This document shows positions 39,215 to 52,699 of a DNA stretch of 64,000 nt, piece by piece. Position 1 is the stretch's first letter, and every line of letters starts with the position of its first letter. The stretch spans positions 15,872,001 to 15,936,000 of the forward strand of contig CP158635.1 of NCBI GenBank assembly GCA_050273025.1, in the 5' to 3' direction. Both the position numbers and the translations under genes were made by a program. The notes under the pieces are model-generated. The model did not search any database. It worked only from the letters and a program-made list of their open reading frames with translations, and was not told where the DNA came from. This DNA comes from Cenococcum geophilum (lineage: Eukaryota).

Positions 39215-42200
39215 TATTACGGAACCCTACCGCAGGGGCCTCTATAGGAGAGCCCCGTGCTCTTATATATACCTCGCGTATAGCTTATATTAGCTACGCG
39301 TAGGTATATTACCTCCTTACGCCCTCGACCCTTACGATCGATCGCGCAACGTCTTATAGACTCCTTAAATACATACGTCTTATAGCCATTGCCCCCGTCC
39401 CATAACATTACGTTACGCCTTTTTTATTACCGACGCTTAACCTATAACCAATTCTACGTCTTTGCAATACTGCAGGCGCTGCTAGAAGCAGCGTGTTTAC
39501 AAATTACCTTACTTTAAACTTCTAAGGAACCCATAATAGTAAGACAATATTCCTTACTAGCTACTATATTAAACCTAAAGAACAACCTAATACCTATACT
39601 TAACCTACGCCGCCAATTAATCCTAGGAGAATTTAATTTATTAGCCCTAGCCTTAACCCCTAAAGGGAAGCCTAGTGGCCCAAAAGACTACAACAACCTT
39701 AACGAGGTAGATACTAATAATGTCTTATTCTTTATTAACTATATAACTACAGACAAGCAAGCGAAAGGGTTACTACCTATTAAGATTAAAATACGAGACG
39801 CTAAGATATTTATAAAAAGAGTAGTATAAGAACCTAATAAATACTACCACCTTTTATAGAACTACCACCTAAAGCTTATATAAGCTAAGATGCGTACTAC
39901 CTAAGATTACAATATTATTTAAGACCTATAAGCTTATAAGGCGCTTACTAATAACACGCGCTAAAAGACTAAAGATGACCTCCGCGTGTCTAAACGCGAC
40001 GTCTAATAGTTAAAGAAGGCTAAGATTATACTTATTGCTACGGTTACTAAAAAAGAGGGCATAATTAAATACCTATAATCTTAGCTTAATAAGCACATTT
40101 ATAATAACGCTAGATACCTCTCTATTATATATAACGCCACCTAAGTTTTTACGCCCCTGGCAACCTTACTAACTTAACGCTTAATAAAGAATTAACGCCG
40201 AGCAGCCTTACCTAACAGGAACCCCTACTAGAGCGGCAATAATAAAAGCTATAATAATTAAACCTAAGCTACTACCGCAGGGTTTAACGCACGTTACCCT
40301 AACCCCCTAGTCTTTTAGGGAGACCGTAAGGAATACAGCCACTAGAAGATATAAATCCGCAAGAAACTAACCTAGAGCGCCTACCTTTTTCCTACAGAAG
40401 ACACGAAGATTAGCTATATTATTAGGCGAATAAAGAGTACACTATTTAATAGACTCTTCGCCTAATAGAAAACTAATAGCCCCTAAAAGTGGTAGTCCTA
40501 CTAAAAAGTCCTTAATAATCTCAACCTAATATACCGCAACTATAACCTATTGGCCACTAGCCAAGCTAAACTACGTGCCCTAAAAATGAGCCCTACTAAA
40601 TTATTTAATAAGTTCTATATTAAATTCCAGAAATATACCGGAGCCCTCGCCTAAGATAACACTAAAGACTAAAAGGACCTCCTTAAAAAAGTTACTTATC
40701 GCCTTAGTTACGCAGCCGCTAGCTATAACTATAACAACGTCTATAATATAGTAGCAGCCCTATAGAAGATTAAACAACAACTAAATTAGATTGCTACTAC
40801 TAATCTTTACCTAAAGACCTCTCTATAGAAGCCCTCTGGGCCTACTAAACCTATACATACTAAGCCACTAACGCCTACTACCTTAAGTACTACGGGAGCT
40901 AATATTAACCTCTCTATACTAACCTTTCCGTAAAAACTCCTAAACGGAGAGCGGGAGCTACTCTAGAAACTAGGACGCTGCTATAGATACCATTAAGAAG
41001 GCTATTATTGCGATAACCTAAACTGCCTAATAGCTAGATTTAGTAGCTGCCGTCTAATACTTAACCTAATACCCTAAATACTAAATATATTACTACGCGC
41101 TACTACCATATAAGATAAAGACGTAGTAATAGCAGTAGAATTGGATACGGAAGTAGAAAACGCCAAGTCCCTACCCTAAGTTGTGGGTTAGGACGCCCTA
41201 ATAATAGAGGGATCTATATATTGGCCTACTTAATAAATAACTTAGTAAAGATAAATGGACAAAAATAGATAGTTTTACCTGTAATAGGAACTACTGCTAA
41301 AAAATAATATAAAAGCCGTTCTATAATTAACTGCGGAGCCACTAATAAATTTATAGATACCTAATTTGTGCGTACTTATAGCCTACCTACCTTACCCCTT
41401 ACTAAAGCCCGCGCCCTATAACTCGCTAATAGTAGTTCTACCGCATAGAAGATTACTTACGTAGTATAACTCTACTTAGATATAAACGGGCACTAAAAAG
41501 AGCTTTAGGCCTATATTATACCACTTACTAACTACCCTATTATCCTTAGAATAAGCTAGCTTAAATAATATAACCCCGCCATTAATTAGGAAAAGAGAAA
41601 AGCAACCTTTAACTTTAAATACTATAGAGAGACTTGCCTAGGACATGGCCTAGCCGCCTCTATTTACTCACTAGGATATTAACCTAAGAAACCCCTTATT
41701 ACCCCACCTACGACTAACTACCACTACGTAAGTGCTGTGGCCTTCTACTATATAGTATATAAGAAAGGCTGGACCATTACTATAGCCTCCTAATTACGAC
41801 TATATAAGCTTAATAAAGAATAAGACTACGTCCTCTATAGTAATAGAATAGATATAGTCAACCTTTTAGAAGACAACGCCCCTGCGGAACTCTATAGACT
41901 TTTACCTTTAGACTTTAAGAAGTTTATAAAGCTTAAAAAAGGACTTACTAACGAGGAACTCTATAAGCTCCTCCCTAAGAAGTACTACGACTTTATCAAT
42001 ATATGCTTATAAAAGAGCGCAGATATACTCCCCCTATATTAACCTAATAACTATACTATTAATATTAAATAAGGAAAAATACTACCCTATAAAAGACCCT
42101 ACCTAATATCTAAAGACGAACTTCTAGTTATAAAAAAATATATTAACAAACACCTTAATAAAGGATTTATCCGCCCTAGCATGTCCCTAGTAGCTGCCCC

Positions 42201-45200
42201 TATCCTTCTTACTAAGAAGCTAGAAGGAGGTATTAGATTCTACGTTAACTATAGAGGACTTAACGCTATTATAATTAAGAACTAATACCCCGTACCGCTT
42301 ATACGTAAGACTCTTAAGCGGCTTAGTTAAGCCAAAATCTATACTAAGCTTAATATTATCGCCGCCTTTAACTATCTCTAAATACGGGAAGGTAACGAAT
42401 AGAAAACCGTATTTATATTACGCTTTAGCCAATTTAAATATACTATTATACCCTTTAGTATATATAACGGCCTAGGCACTTTCTAAAGCTATATTAATAA
42501 CGCCTTATAGGACTACCTTAATGACTTCTGCTCTACGTACCTGGACGACATACTTATCTATAATAATAACCCTTTTAAGTATACTGAGCACGTCTAAAAA
42601 GTCCTAGAGCGCCTTAGGGACGTAGGACTTTACATTAATTTAAAGAAGTGTAAATTTTTAGTCACAGAAGTAAAATACCTTAGACTAATTATTACTACTA
42701 AGGGTGTCTGTATGGACCTTAAGAAGGTATATATAATTACCAAATAGCAAGCCCCTAACTGTATTAAGGACGTATAAGCCTTCCTTAGTTTTACTAACTT
42801 TTATTAGAAATTTATATATAACTTCTTAGGCGTAGTAGCACTACTTATAGCAATAATGCGAATAAAGGGCCTTTCTACAAAAGGAAGAAAAACGTACCTA
42901 CGTTTTACCTAGATGCCTAAATATAAGAAAGCGTTCTAAGACCTTAAAAATGCTTTTACTAAAGCACCTATTCTAGCTTACTTTATACTAGGACAATAAC
43001 TCTACCTTAAAACTAACTCCTTAGACCACGTTAACGTAGGCGTCCTTTTCCAAATAGGTAATAACAGCCTCCTCTACCTAGTCGCATTTTACTCGTTTAA
43101 GCTTATACTATAAAAGTATAACTATAAGATCTATAATAAGAAACTTCTCGCGATTATATAAGCATTTAAGAAATTCTAACTAGAACTCTCCTTAGTAGAA
43201 CCCAATTAGCTAACTAAAATCCTTACGGACTATTATAACCTTAAATACTTTATAACTATAAAGTAGCTAAACTAAAGCCAAGCACGCTAGAACAAGTTCC
43301 TCTCTAGTTTTAACTTTAAAATTGTATATAGACTAGGAGTATAAGGTACTAAACCTAATAGCCTAATACGCCGCTTGTAAGACCTTCCTTAGTCTAAAGA
43401 TAACCCCTACAATTAGTTCCAATAATAGACGATCTTAAAAGTACAAAATTTGGCCCTAGGTATACTACCTACAATAGAGCTAACTATACCTTAGCTTTAT
43501 ACTATAGAACTAAAGTTACCTCCCAAAATTAACGAGCTTATTACTACAGTATATAACACCTCTATTAACCCATTACTGTATTAACTTATTACCGTAAAGA
43601 CCGCTAGCGCCTATACGCTACCTACTAACCTTTAAAGCTTAGGCTAGATTAATATAGCAGCCTTAGAAGTAAAAGAGAATAGGCTCTATTATAGAGGCCG
43701 CCTATTTATCCCTAACTTAGAAAATCTATAACGGCAACTAATCTAAATAGCCTATAACCTCTAATTAAGCGGCTACCTAAGTAAAGGAGGAACCTACGAG
43801 CTTTTTAGCCGATACTACTTCTGGCTAAAAATAATAGACTTAGTTAAACACTTTATAGGCGCCTACTATAGTTATAAGCGCGCCAAGGCCTTTAATATAA
43901 AGTACTAAGGACTACTATACCCTCTACTAGTACCTATATAACGATAGGCAGATATCGCTATAGATTTCGTTATTAACCTACTACCTTATAAATAATACGG
44001 CTATACCTATAAGAACATCCTTATAATAATATACCAACTTATAAAAGAGCGCCACTACGTCCTAACTAAAGGTGTAGCCGTTAGCGACGTTACTAACGCC
44101 TTCCTTTACGAAGTTTACCAACTACATAGGTTACCTAACTTAATTACGTCCGACTAAGGCATATAATTTAACTCTGATATATAGAGACGAACCTACCAAC
44201 GCCTTAGTATCTCCGTTAAGATATTTATATCCTTTTACTATAAAACTACTAGGCAACCAGAAAACGCTAATGCTAGTATAAAAGCGTACCTATAATAGGT
44301 AGTTGCCTATAGTTAAGATAACTGGGTAGATTACCTCCCACTAGGCGAATTCGCAGCAAATAACTACGTCTTAACCACTATAGGACTTACCCCGTTCTTC
44401 GCAAATAAGGGTTATTACCCCTAATCTGGCATAAAGCCACTAGAACCTATTAATAAGAAACTACTATATAGAAAACGCCTTAAGATACTACTTGCCGACT
44501 AGTATACGGACCGTATAAAAAATCTACTCGACTACTATAAGGGAGAAATGGCCTAGGCTTAAGTAAAGTAGGCCTACTTCGCCGACTATTATAGAACGCC
44601 ACCACCGGAGATGCGTGTTGGCGACTGGGTATAGCTAAATATACATAATATCTCTACATAGAGGCCTATAAAGTCACTTAATTATAAGAACCTCGGCCCC
44701 TATCTAATTAAACAAGTTATTAATAGGGGAGCTGTATATAAGCTAGAACTCCTACCTACCCTAGCCACCCACGGGATATAGCCTATATTTTACCTATAGC
44801 TACTACACCTCTATTAGCCTAACCCCTTACCAGGGCAAATATAGCTTAAACCCCTACTAGTACTAATCTAAGATAAGAATAAAGATAAGAACTATAAGGA
44901 ATGGACTATTAAACGAATTATTAACTCTAAATACTTTAATAAAGGTAGAGGACGACGGCTCTACTACAGAGCTATATATATAGGATTTAATATAGATTAG
45001 CTAAAATGGTAACTATAGGAAGACTTTAAAAATGTAAAGGATCTAATTAGTAACTTTTACTATATAAACCTATAGAAACTAGGCCTAAGTAGAGATTTTA
45101 TACCTAATCCTCTATAGGAGCCCTTATAGAGTTAAACCGTTATATATTGCTATATAAGGGCAAATTACTATTAAATTGCCGTTAGATTGCGGTAAAGTGC

Positions 45201-45614
45201 GATTATATAACCGGAAAATTGTTAAGATGTCCAGGAACTTTAACTAGCGGTTAAAGTTATCTAATTAGTTAGATTCTTAGATGCTAAGCCCTATTATATA
45301 ACGTTATTTTAAACCTTTAGTAATACCCCCCTTTTTTTCTTTTCTATACCTTAAGTGTCCCTTTTATATATATAGTAACTATAGCGTCGCCGGAGCTCCG
45401 CCTCTATAGGAGGGGGGGTAGTGTTATAGAACCCTACCGCAGGGGCCTCTATAGGAGAGCCCCGTGCTCTTACGTACACCTCGCGTACAGCTTATATTAG
45501 CTACGCGTAGGTATATCACCTCCTTACGCCCTTAACCCTTATAATCGATCGCGCAACGTCTTATAGACTCCTCAAATACATATATCTTATAGCCATTGCC
45601 CCCGTCCCGTGACA
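39215..45614 (+). mobile_element. Gypsy/chromovirus LTR retrotransposon E (6.4 kb), RIP-inactivated
   Basis: 193-bp LTRs 39215-39407 and 45422-45614; TSD CTTAT; protease INCGAT (~41325); RT YLDDILIY intact at ~42538; chromodomain-like EWTIKRIINS (~44900); PPT aggagggggggtag. Confidence 0.94.
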
Positions 45615-47269
45615 CTTATCTACTTTTACTATAGGTAATAGTAGTATAGCCTAAGGAATAGGTTAGAAAACGGCAGCTATATAGACCTAGTAGGGTATAT
45701 ATAAACCTAATAAATACTTAGCTATAGTTTAAAGGTAAGACTTAACTAAACCTAGTATTTTAGAGCCCGTCTTTTAGTACTAAGTAATCGCCTTTTTTAG
45801 CCCTTTAACGTTATAGCCGCTAGTAATTATAAATAGGCCTTAATTAATAAAGTTAACGTATTAAATCCGGTCCTTATTACGGCGGACGCTGTCTAGTACT
45901 ACTAAGAGCTTTACCCCCTATAGCGGCTATAAGGTCTTATCTTCTAACTGCTATATATAAAGCTTAGTAATAGCGGAGACGTAGCTATTTATAACTAAGT
46001 ATTAGATTATCTCGTTAAATAGGACGTCTAGGGCCTCCTTATCCTATATCTCCCCTTCCTCCTTTATAGGTTCATCCCCTATAACTATAGCTGCCCCTAT
46101 AGCTGCCTTTCCCCCTAGCTACTCTACCCGCTTAACTGTCTTTTACCTCTTTTTTACCTACTTACTACCTTTTTATATTTCTTTCCGTTTTAACTTCCAT
46201 TTTTAATAGCTAATAGCCTATAATTTTTAGTTAATAACTTACTGCTCTAAAAATAGGTAAAGCTTATTTCCTATTACCTAGGCGCCGTCTGTATTACCTT
46301 TTAGTCTTATATACTAGTTTTCCTACTTTTTCTATTTTAGCTTATACACCCTTATAGTATTCTTTAAGCGCTAGGCCTTATAAATATTGTATAGCCGTAC
46401 TATTTAAGCCTTAAATTCGCTTTAGAGGCTATAGGGGGAAAAGGCTAGGGGGCTTCTATTAACCATAAAGTGGACTATAGGGTAAGAAGATTCTTAAAAG
46501 ACTTTATATCTATAAAAGGTAAGGGGGGAGATATATAAGTATAGTATAGGTAAATAAAGTTACTAAATATGTAAATATTAAAGGAGAAGGAGAAGAAGAG
46601 GGCTTTATATTATATAATTAGAATTATAGTAGGCCTTTCTATATAAAATTAAAAGCCCTATATAAGCTAGCGCGGGTATAAAAAAAGAGAGGGTTGGAAA
46701 ATATATTATTAAGGCGACGGTAAGGTCAAAGGCGCGCTAAGGCCCTTTATACTAACCTAGTACTAACCTAGGCCTTAAAAACGCGTCTAAAAAGTAGGGG
46801 CCACCACTAAAGGAGAGGGGGGGGGTAATATTTAGATGATATGTCGCGGACCTTAGGGGTTTATGCGTAACCTAAGGTTATACTAAGCCTAACCCGGACC
46901 TCCAATACCTTACCCCCCTACTAATTAAATTACTAATACGCGCGTACTATTAGCCTATTAGGCTAGCTATACGCCTATATATTTATCCTATATAGTAAGT
47001 TTACTTATTTACTTACTAAGCGGCCAGTAAGCAGGTATACTTTCTCTATCTCTTTTTAGCGTAAATATATTTATTTCCTAATAGAGATAGAAAGGCTATA
47101 TAAAATTAGTCTTTAGAACCTAATACTCAGTTTTATAAACTATTTAAGTATAACTTTTAAAATATAAGATGTTATTTAATATTATATAGCTTTCCTTACA
47201 CACTAAATAGCTATTAAATAAATTTATATTTAGTATAAATAAATTAAGATATTTATCCTTAATATAATC

Positions 47270-47991
47270 TGTTATCTTTATTATGGACCTTATATTAGTA
47301 GTAGTAAAACTACTAAAAAGAAACATGTATAGGTTAGTTAAAATAGTATAGAAGGCGCTAGAACTAATTAAGCTATAGAATAAGGGGTAGCTATAAGTTT
47401 AGAATATAAAAACATAGGAATATAGGAATATAACGTAGTAACGTAGTAACGTACTTAGTATATTTCTTAGGCCTAGTATTAAATACTTAAAGAACTATAG
47501 TCCCTACTATAGATAGTTCTCTTCTTTATAGTAAATCTTAAAATATAATTAAAGTTAATCTATTAGGTAACTACTCTACTAGTTATATTTACGTTATTAA
47601 CTATTCTATATCTATATAACTAGCCTATTAATAAGTCCACTATAGTATTTCCTACAAGGCTTCGTTATATATTTACTTCTATAGTTATAATAAAAGAAGT
47701 TAAACAATATACTACTTAAGTAAGTAATAGTAGTAACGCTAACCGCGGCAATAACTACTTTAGGATTAAAAGGAGATACTAGTATAAACGACGGTAACTT
47801 ATAGGTAGTCACGATAAACTAGTTAAAAAGTATTATTAAGCAGAATAACGCTAATAATTAGGCACTACTTTAACAAATATTGGATATAAAAAGAGAAAAT
47901 ATTAAAATACTATAGATTAAAAGGGTTGTAGGAGAAAAATATAAGCTAAAAGGATTTCTTACGTAAATAAGAATAAAGGTGCTATATAAAG
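47270..47991 (+). mobile_element. Truncated Gypsy related to C: 5' LTR (~47270-47669) plus gag start
   Basis: 47500-47640 aligns by eye to the C LTR (tagtccctac...gttaatctattagg); the following sequence matches C gag (KLKGFL). Confidence 0.7.
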
Positions 47992-48900
47992 TGTTACTGG
48001 ATACCCCTATAATACCTTATATACGTCCACCTGTTTCTACTAACTTAGCAACTAGAGACTAACTATAAGATAGCAATCTAATAGCAATCTGCGGCAATCT
48101 AACGGCAACCTACCGTATTCTGCTATATTTTACTAAGTTTTACTAAGTTCTACTAAATTCTGCTAAGTTCTGCTAGAATTACTACCTAAATCCTATTTTA
48201 CTCCATGTATATATTAACTAAGCAACTAAGTCTATAATATATACCCTTTCTTTCTATTTTCTACCTTCTTTCCTTATATAACATCTTAACCTCCTTATAC
48301 AGTTTATATATATAGCTTAATAATATTAATCTTACTATATATTATCGCTGCTTATACTTACTCCGTAATACTACATTACGTTAACTATTTATACTATTAT
48401 TAATATATAGAACAAACTTAAAACTCCTATAACGGCCACTAGCATTATATCCGTACTTTAAAAATAATTAATAGAGATATAGAAGTCCTTTATAAACGCC
48501 CTTATATAAAACTAAGCTATTTTAAATTAATAATAAGCCGAATAAAAAGTATAATACTAGTAATTAATTAAGGACCTCTAAGAAGAAATCCGCACTCTTA
48601 AGATGCCTACGCTAGGACCTTAAGACTAAATACTATCTCTGGAGATAAATACGCGGAACGTAAGTCCTAAACCTATAGTAGTCTCTTACTCTAAGCTAAC
48701 TACTATACTATAACAATCTAAATAACTACTAAATCCCCTAGTATTTACTAATAAACGATAAAAGCTCTAATTATTTCTAAGCTAGCTTAAAAATAAGCTA
48801 ACTAGTAATGCTAACTGCTACCTAACTAAAGCTAACTAACTCTATTACGCCCTAAGTTAACTAGGGGGAAAGGTAGCTAACCTTATTAAACCTAATAAGT
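47992..48900 (+). mobile_element. Truncated Gypsy head: LTR (47992-48370) plus gag fragment
   Basis: TGTTAC...CCGTAATA termini; gag-like FLS*LKNKLTSNANCYLTKAN*LYYALS*LGG at ~48775-48870; no second LTR. Confidence 0.65.
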
Positions 48901-49880
48901 CTTACCCCTAGAATATATAGTTTAAGCTATTAGGTAATCGTCTATATAAATATAGCCTTAATATCCTTTTTTACTAAGAATTTAATAACGCTTACGCTGT
49001 TACTTATTCGCTATATATAGAAGTCCTTAAGTATAGCTCCTATAAGCCTCTTAACCTCCTTTATACCTTATATAATAGTCTATTTTACTACTTTAGTAGT
49101 AGCTACCTTCTCTGTTACCTCCTTACCTATTTAGCTAATATCTATTACTAGCTACTAATTAGGTTTCTTAAAGTTCCTAACACTTATTATTTATAGCAGG
49201 GCCTCCCCTACCCCTACCGTGTCTCTACTAGCCGCTACTAACGCCTATACTTATATTAGAGTTAAGGGCGTATTTAGTTACGCTTGTAGGGATTAGATAG
49301 CTTTTTAGAGTTTAGTATTTTACTTTTTAAGGCTTTACTATTCTAATTTAATGTCTATAAGGTTATTTCTAATACTCTTAATAATATTGTTCTGGCTTAT
49401 AATAATATTGCTCTATAATGCTATAGTTTCTTTAAGGCTTTTAATAAGTCAACCAACTTTGTTAAGATTAATACCTCTTTTTTTATATTTGGGTAAGGTT
49501 ACTATAGGAAATAGCAGTAATATATTCTACGTAGCTTATAGTTTAATTTATAGTATAGTTTACGGTGTAGTTATTTGCTGTTTATATTACGCTAATTATT
49601 AAGCTTATATCCTTAGTAACTGTTAAGCCTCTAACACCTTCGCGCTCGGTTTCTTTATATATCCTCTTAGTAGAGCCGCTAGCGGGTCTAAAGGTAGTAT
49701 TGCTAATACACACTTAGGGGTTAAAGTAGCTATTAGGGCTTTAGGGCTTTGTTTAGTAGGCTATAGGGGCCGCCTTATAGTGGGAACTAGCTAAATAAAA
49801 GACTAGGATTTGATTAAAAGAATACCCAAGATAAATATCCTCCTCTTTTAAAAGTTTATTCTAGTAAGGCGACTTTAACG
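48900..49880 (-). mobile_element. 5' fragment (ORF1/5' UTR) of a LINE of the same family as LINE F
   Basis: 49140-49860 colinear with 60530-61500. Confidence 0.75.
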
Positions 49881-52310
49881 TATATATATATTCTATTATA
49901 GCCATATACTATTTAGGGTATATGCCGTTATAGAGCGCTAACTAAATACTTTCTACTATTAATATACTTGCTCTAGTTTAGAAGCCAACTATAAGAACTA
50001 TATATCCATTACCTAATACTATACTTAACTAAGGAAATAAAGGAAAGTAATATATTACTATTTAGAAGAAAGTTAGAGTTTAAAGGCGAGCCTAAGTAAG
50101 TAGTTTTTAACGCCTTGTATCCGTAGGGCTATTCTAGCGTTATACGTTTCTTAATTAGTAATATACTAATAGAGGCACGTATTAAGGAGGCTCGCGGTAT
50201 ATTTAGTTAGATAATTAGAGAAGGAATTCTTAAGAGTCTTTACTTATTAACCTTGGCTTCTATACTGTCTATATCTTATATACTTAAGTATAAACATCTG
50301 GTCTCCTTTATAAATTTAATTATAGCTTTAATTATACTAATGCCTAGCTTCTAGCGTTTAATTAGGCCGTTAATATTCCTACCTCCTTCTTGTCTACGTA
50401 AGTAGCCTCCTAATACATATAATAGATCCCTAAATTAATCTCTATACTATTCTCTTAGTTTAATCCTCTACTATACCTACTTCCTATAAAAAAGAGGAAG
50501 TGCTATATTAATTCTATAAGCCTATAGTCGCATAACCCTATCTTTAATGCATTAATTTTATAGAGATATTCCTTTAGAAATAACTTACCAGTCTATAGCT
50601 GCGTAAAAATAGCAGCTTTAAGCTAATTAGCTGCTAGTATAATCCTACAGCCTTTTTAAGGTAGAGTGCTGTATTAATCTTCCTTATAAACTTGCCCGTA
50701 TTAAATCTTCCTACTAAAAGCGATCCTATTATTATCTTAGCTCTTTTTAAGGCTTGCGTTATAAGGTACTATAAAAGGCCGTCTCTCTATAGTAGCTCCT
50801 CGCTCTCTAGTCTTATTACTACCTTAGTAAGCTTATTAGCCTTCTTATTTCCTATAAATCCTAAATAGCCTAAAATCTAGTATAGCATGATATTATTTAG
50901 CTAAAGCTTCTTTAAGATCTCTAAAACTATTTTCTAGTAGGCTCTAGCCCTAGCTTTATACTAATAGCAACGCTAATTATAAGTTAGAGAATATTCTTAT
51001 ACTAAAAGCAGGTATTAAAAAACCTACTTAGTTAATAGCTGTGTATATAGAGTCCTATAGCTAGTTAGCTACCTTACTAATTACTAAAAGCTCTATAAGG
51101 TAGGCATTAGCCTAATTAGAGCTTACTACTATTTTTAAAAGCATTACTTTAAATAGCGTAGCATACACACTAACCTTTACCCTACTATTGCGCACTAATG
51201 TATTAATGTATATATTAACCTACCTTAGCTTATAGTCTTTAATAATAGCTTAAGCATATTCTTCGTCCTTATATATTACTATATTAGGCTTAGCGACCTA
51301 TAGCGAGTATATATATAGTTTAACCTCTAGCACCCTATTTACCTAAACATCCTTATATATCTCTGCTGTCCTTTAAAGCGGTAACTGGTGCTATTTATAG
51401 AGCCTCTGTCTTTAAATTATCTAATAAGAATATAACTTGCCTAGTTTATAGATTAATACCTAAAACGCGATGGCCTAGTTACGCAGCCTTTACTTAAGAG
51501 GGAGTAGGCTAACTTTTACCTCCGCTATTAGCAAAGCGATAATACGGAACCCCCTAATAATAGCTTATACTATAATCCTCTACACTTACTAAAGGAGCTA
51601 TATTAACTCTTATATTATAAGCGGGTACTATATTAGTAACGCGTAGTTTACTACTAGTAGGACTAAGCTCTTAGCTAGCTACTTAACGCTTTTAGGCTGT
51701 AGTCCCTTTAATCTACGTAACACTAGCGCTACCTTAGTGGCTTTACCTAGCTTATTTACTAGATATACCTTAAACCTTAACTCCTTATTAAGAATTACCC
51801 TAAGGATTTTAATATCCTATATTAAGGGGATTCCTCTTCCTTTAAATTAGAGCGGCGTAGTAATATCCCTTCTTGCTTCTCTATATCTAATAAGATAAAT
51901 AAATAACATTTTCTTCGCTTTAAATTAAGCTCTATTAGTCCTCTTCTATTTTTTAAGTATTAGTATAATCTTACCCTAGATAATCTATATATTTTCCTTC
52001 GCTATAGGGCCTATAACCTATATTAAGTAGTCGTTAATAAAGGCTATAGAGCTACTATTTCTAGGTGCGCTTTATATAAGATCCATATTAAAGAATAAAA
52101 AAAGTATTAGGGCTAGTACTAATCCTTATAGAAGACCCGCCTATAGGAGCGCCTATGCTTTTAATATATATCCATTAACTAGGATATAGGCTTAATAGTT
52201 TATATAGAAGTCCTATACCTATTATATAATTATCTAAGGTATCTATTACTACTATAATATCCTAATTTCCGACTCTATATGTTATGTTATGTTATAATAT
52301 TCAATTACGC

Positions 52311-52680
52311 TGTTACGGCTCCCGTTAGGGTCCATGCAGCGGGTCTATATAGGTATATATATATACATATATAAGAGGGGAACCGTACCACTAGGGCCGG
52401 ATAAAACCTCTCCTTCTCTTATTATACGGCCTATATGGCTTATTATGCGGCCTATATAGCCTCTCTTCTAATTAGTGACTGCTGAGCACAAGTAGACGTC
52501 TCTTTAAGGCGCTATAGAAAAGCCATCTTAATGCGTACTCCTGGGTCTATCCGGTGGGGTGTATAGCTAGGGCCTAGGTTCCGTTCCTAGCTACTCCAGT
52601 TATCTAGGTAGGGCGTAGGCCGGTGGCCCATAAGGCTAGTAGTAGTGTAGAAGGTTCCGTTATTTGCATCTACGTTAACA
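52311..52680. mobile_element. Probable solo LTR in the 3' end of LINE G
   Basis: TGTTAC...TTAACA termini; flanks TACGC / TATAT differ only by transitions. Confidence 0.55.
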
Positions 52681-52699
52681 TATATAGCTCTATACCTTG

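Larger units (their letters stand above)
31581..46466 (-). pseudogene. Crypton-type (CryptonF) tyrosine recombinase with NDC10_II-like and C-terminal GCR1_C-like domains; RIP-inactivated, split by B2 and E; ~2.5 kb net
   Basis: De-RIP reading: YLRT.AEYLLG(intron 45651-45706)HAT.TRGESRRGIQLADL, GKQNQHGKIEYMGC.RNADPILCPLS..AFYFF.RW (~39000-39120), KTHSGRK (~38815-38840), QIRRAG.WN...T.TYLSYLP (~38710-38775), and VFQLWTEWTLGL...PSIEALD...G.RWR...FYSRRRRII (~31700-31830). Confidence 0.8.

Noticed and set aside
31581..46466. Starship captain (DUF3435)
   Set aside because: Motifs match the NDC10_II/GCR1_C Crypton type; no DUF3435 features or Starship boundary recognised
30970..46920. G-run/C-run ends (30973-30979, ~46913-46918) as TIRs
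   Set aside because: Only patchy complementarity, no TSD, and Cryptons normally lack TIRs
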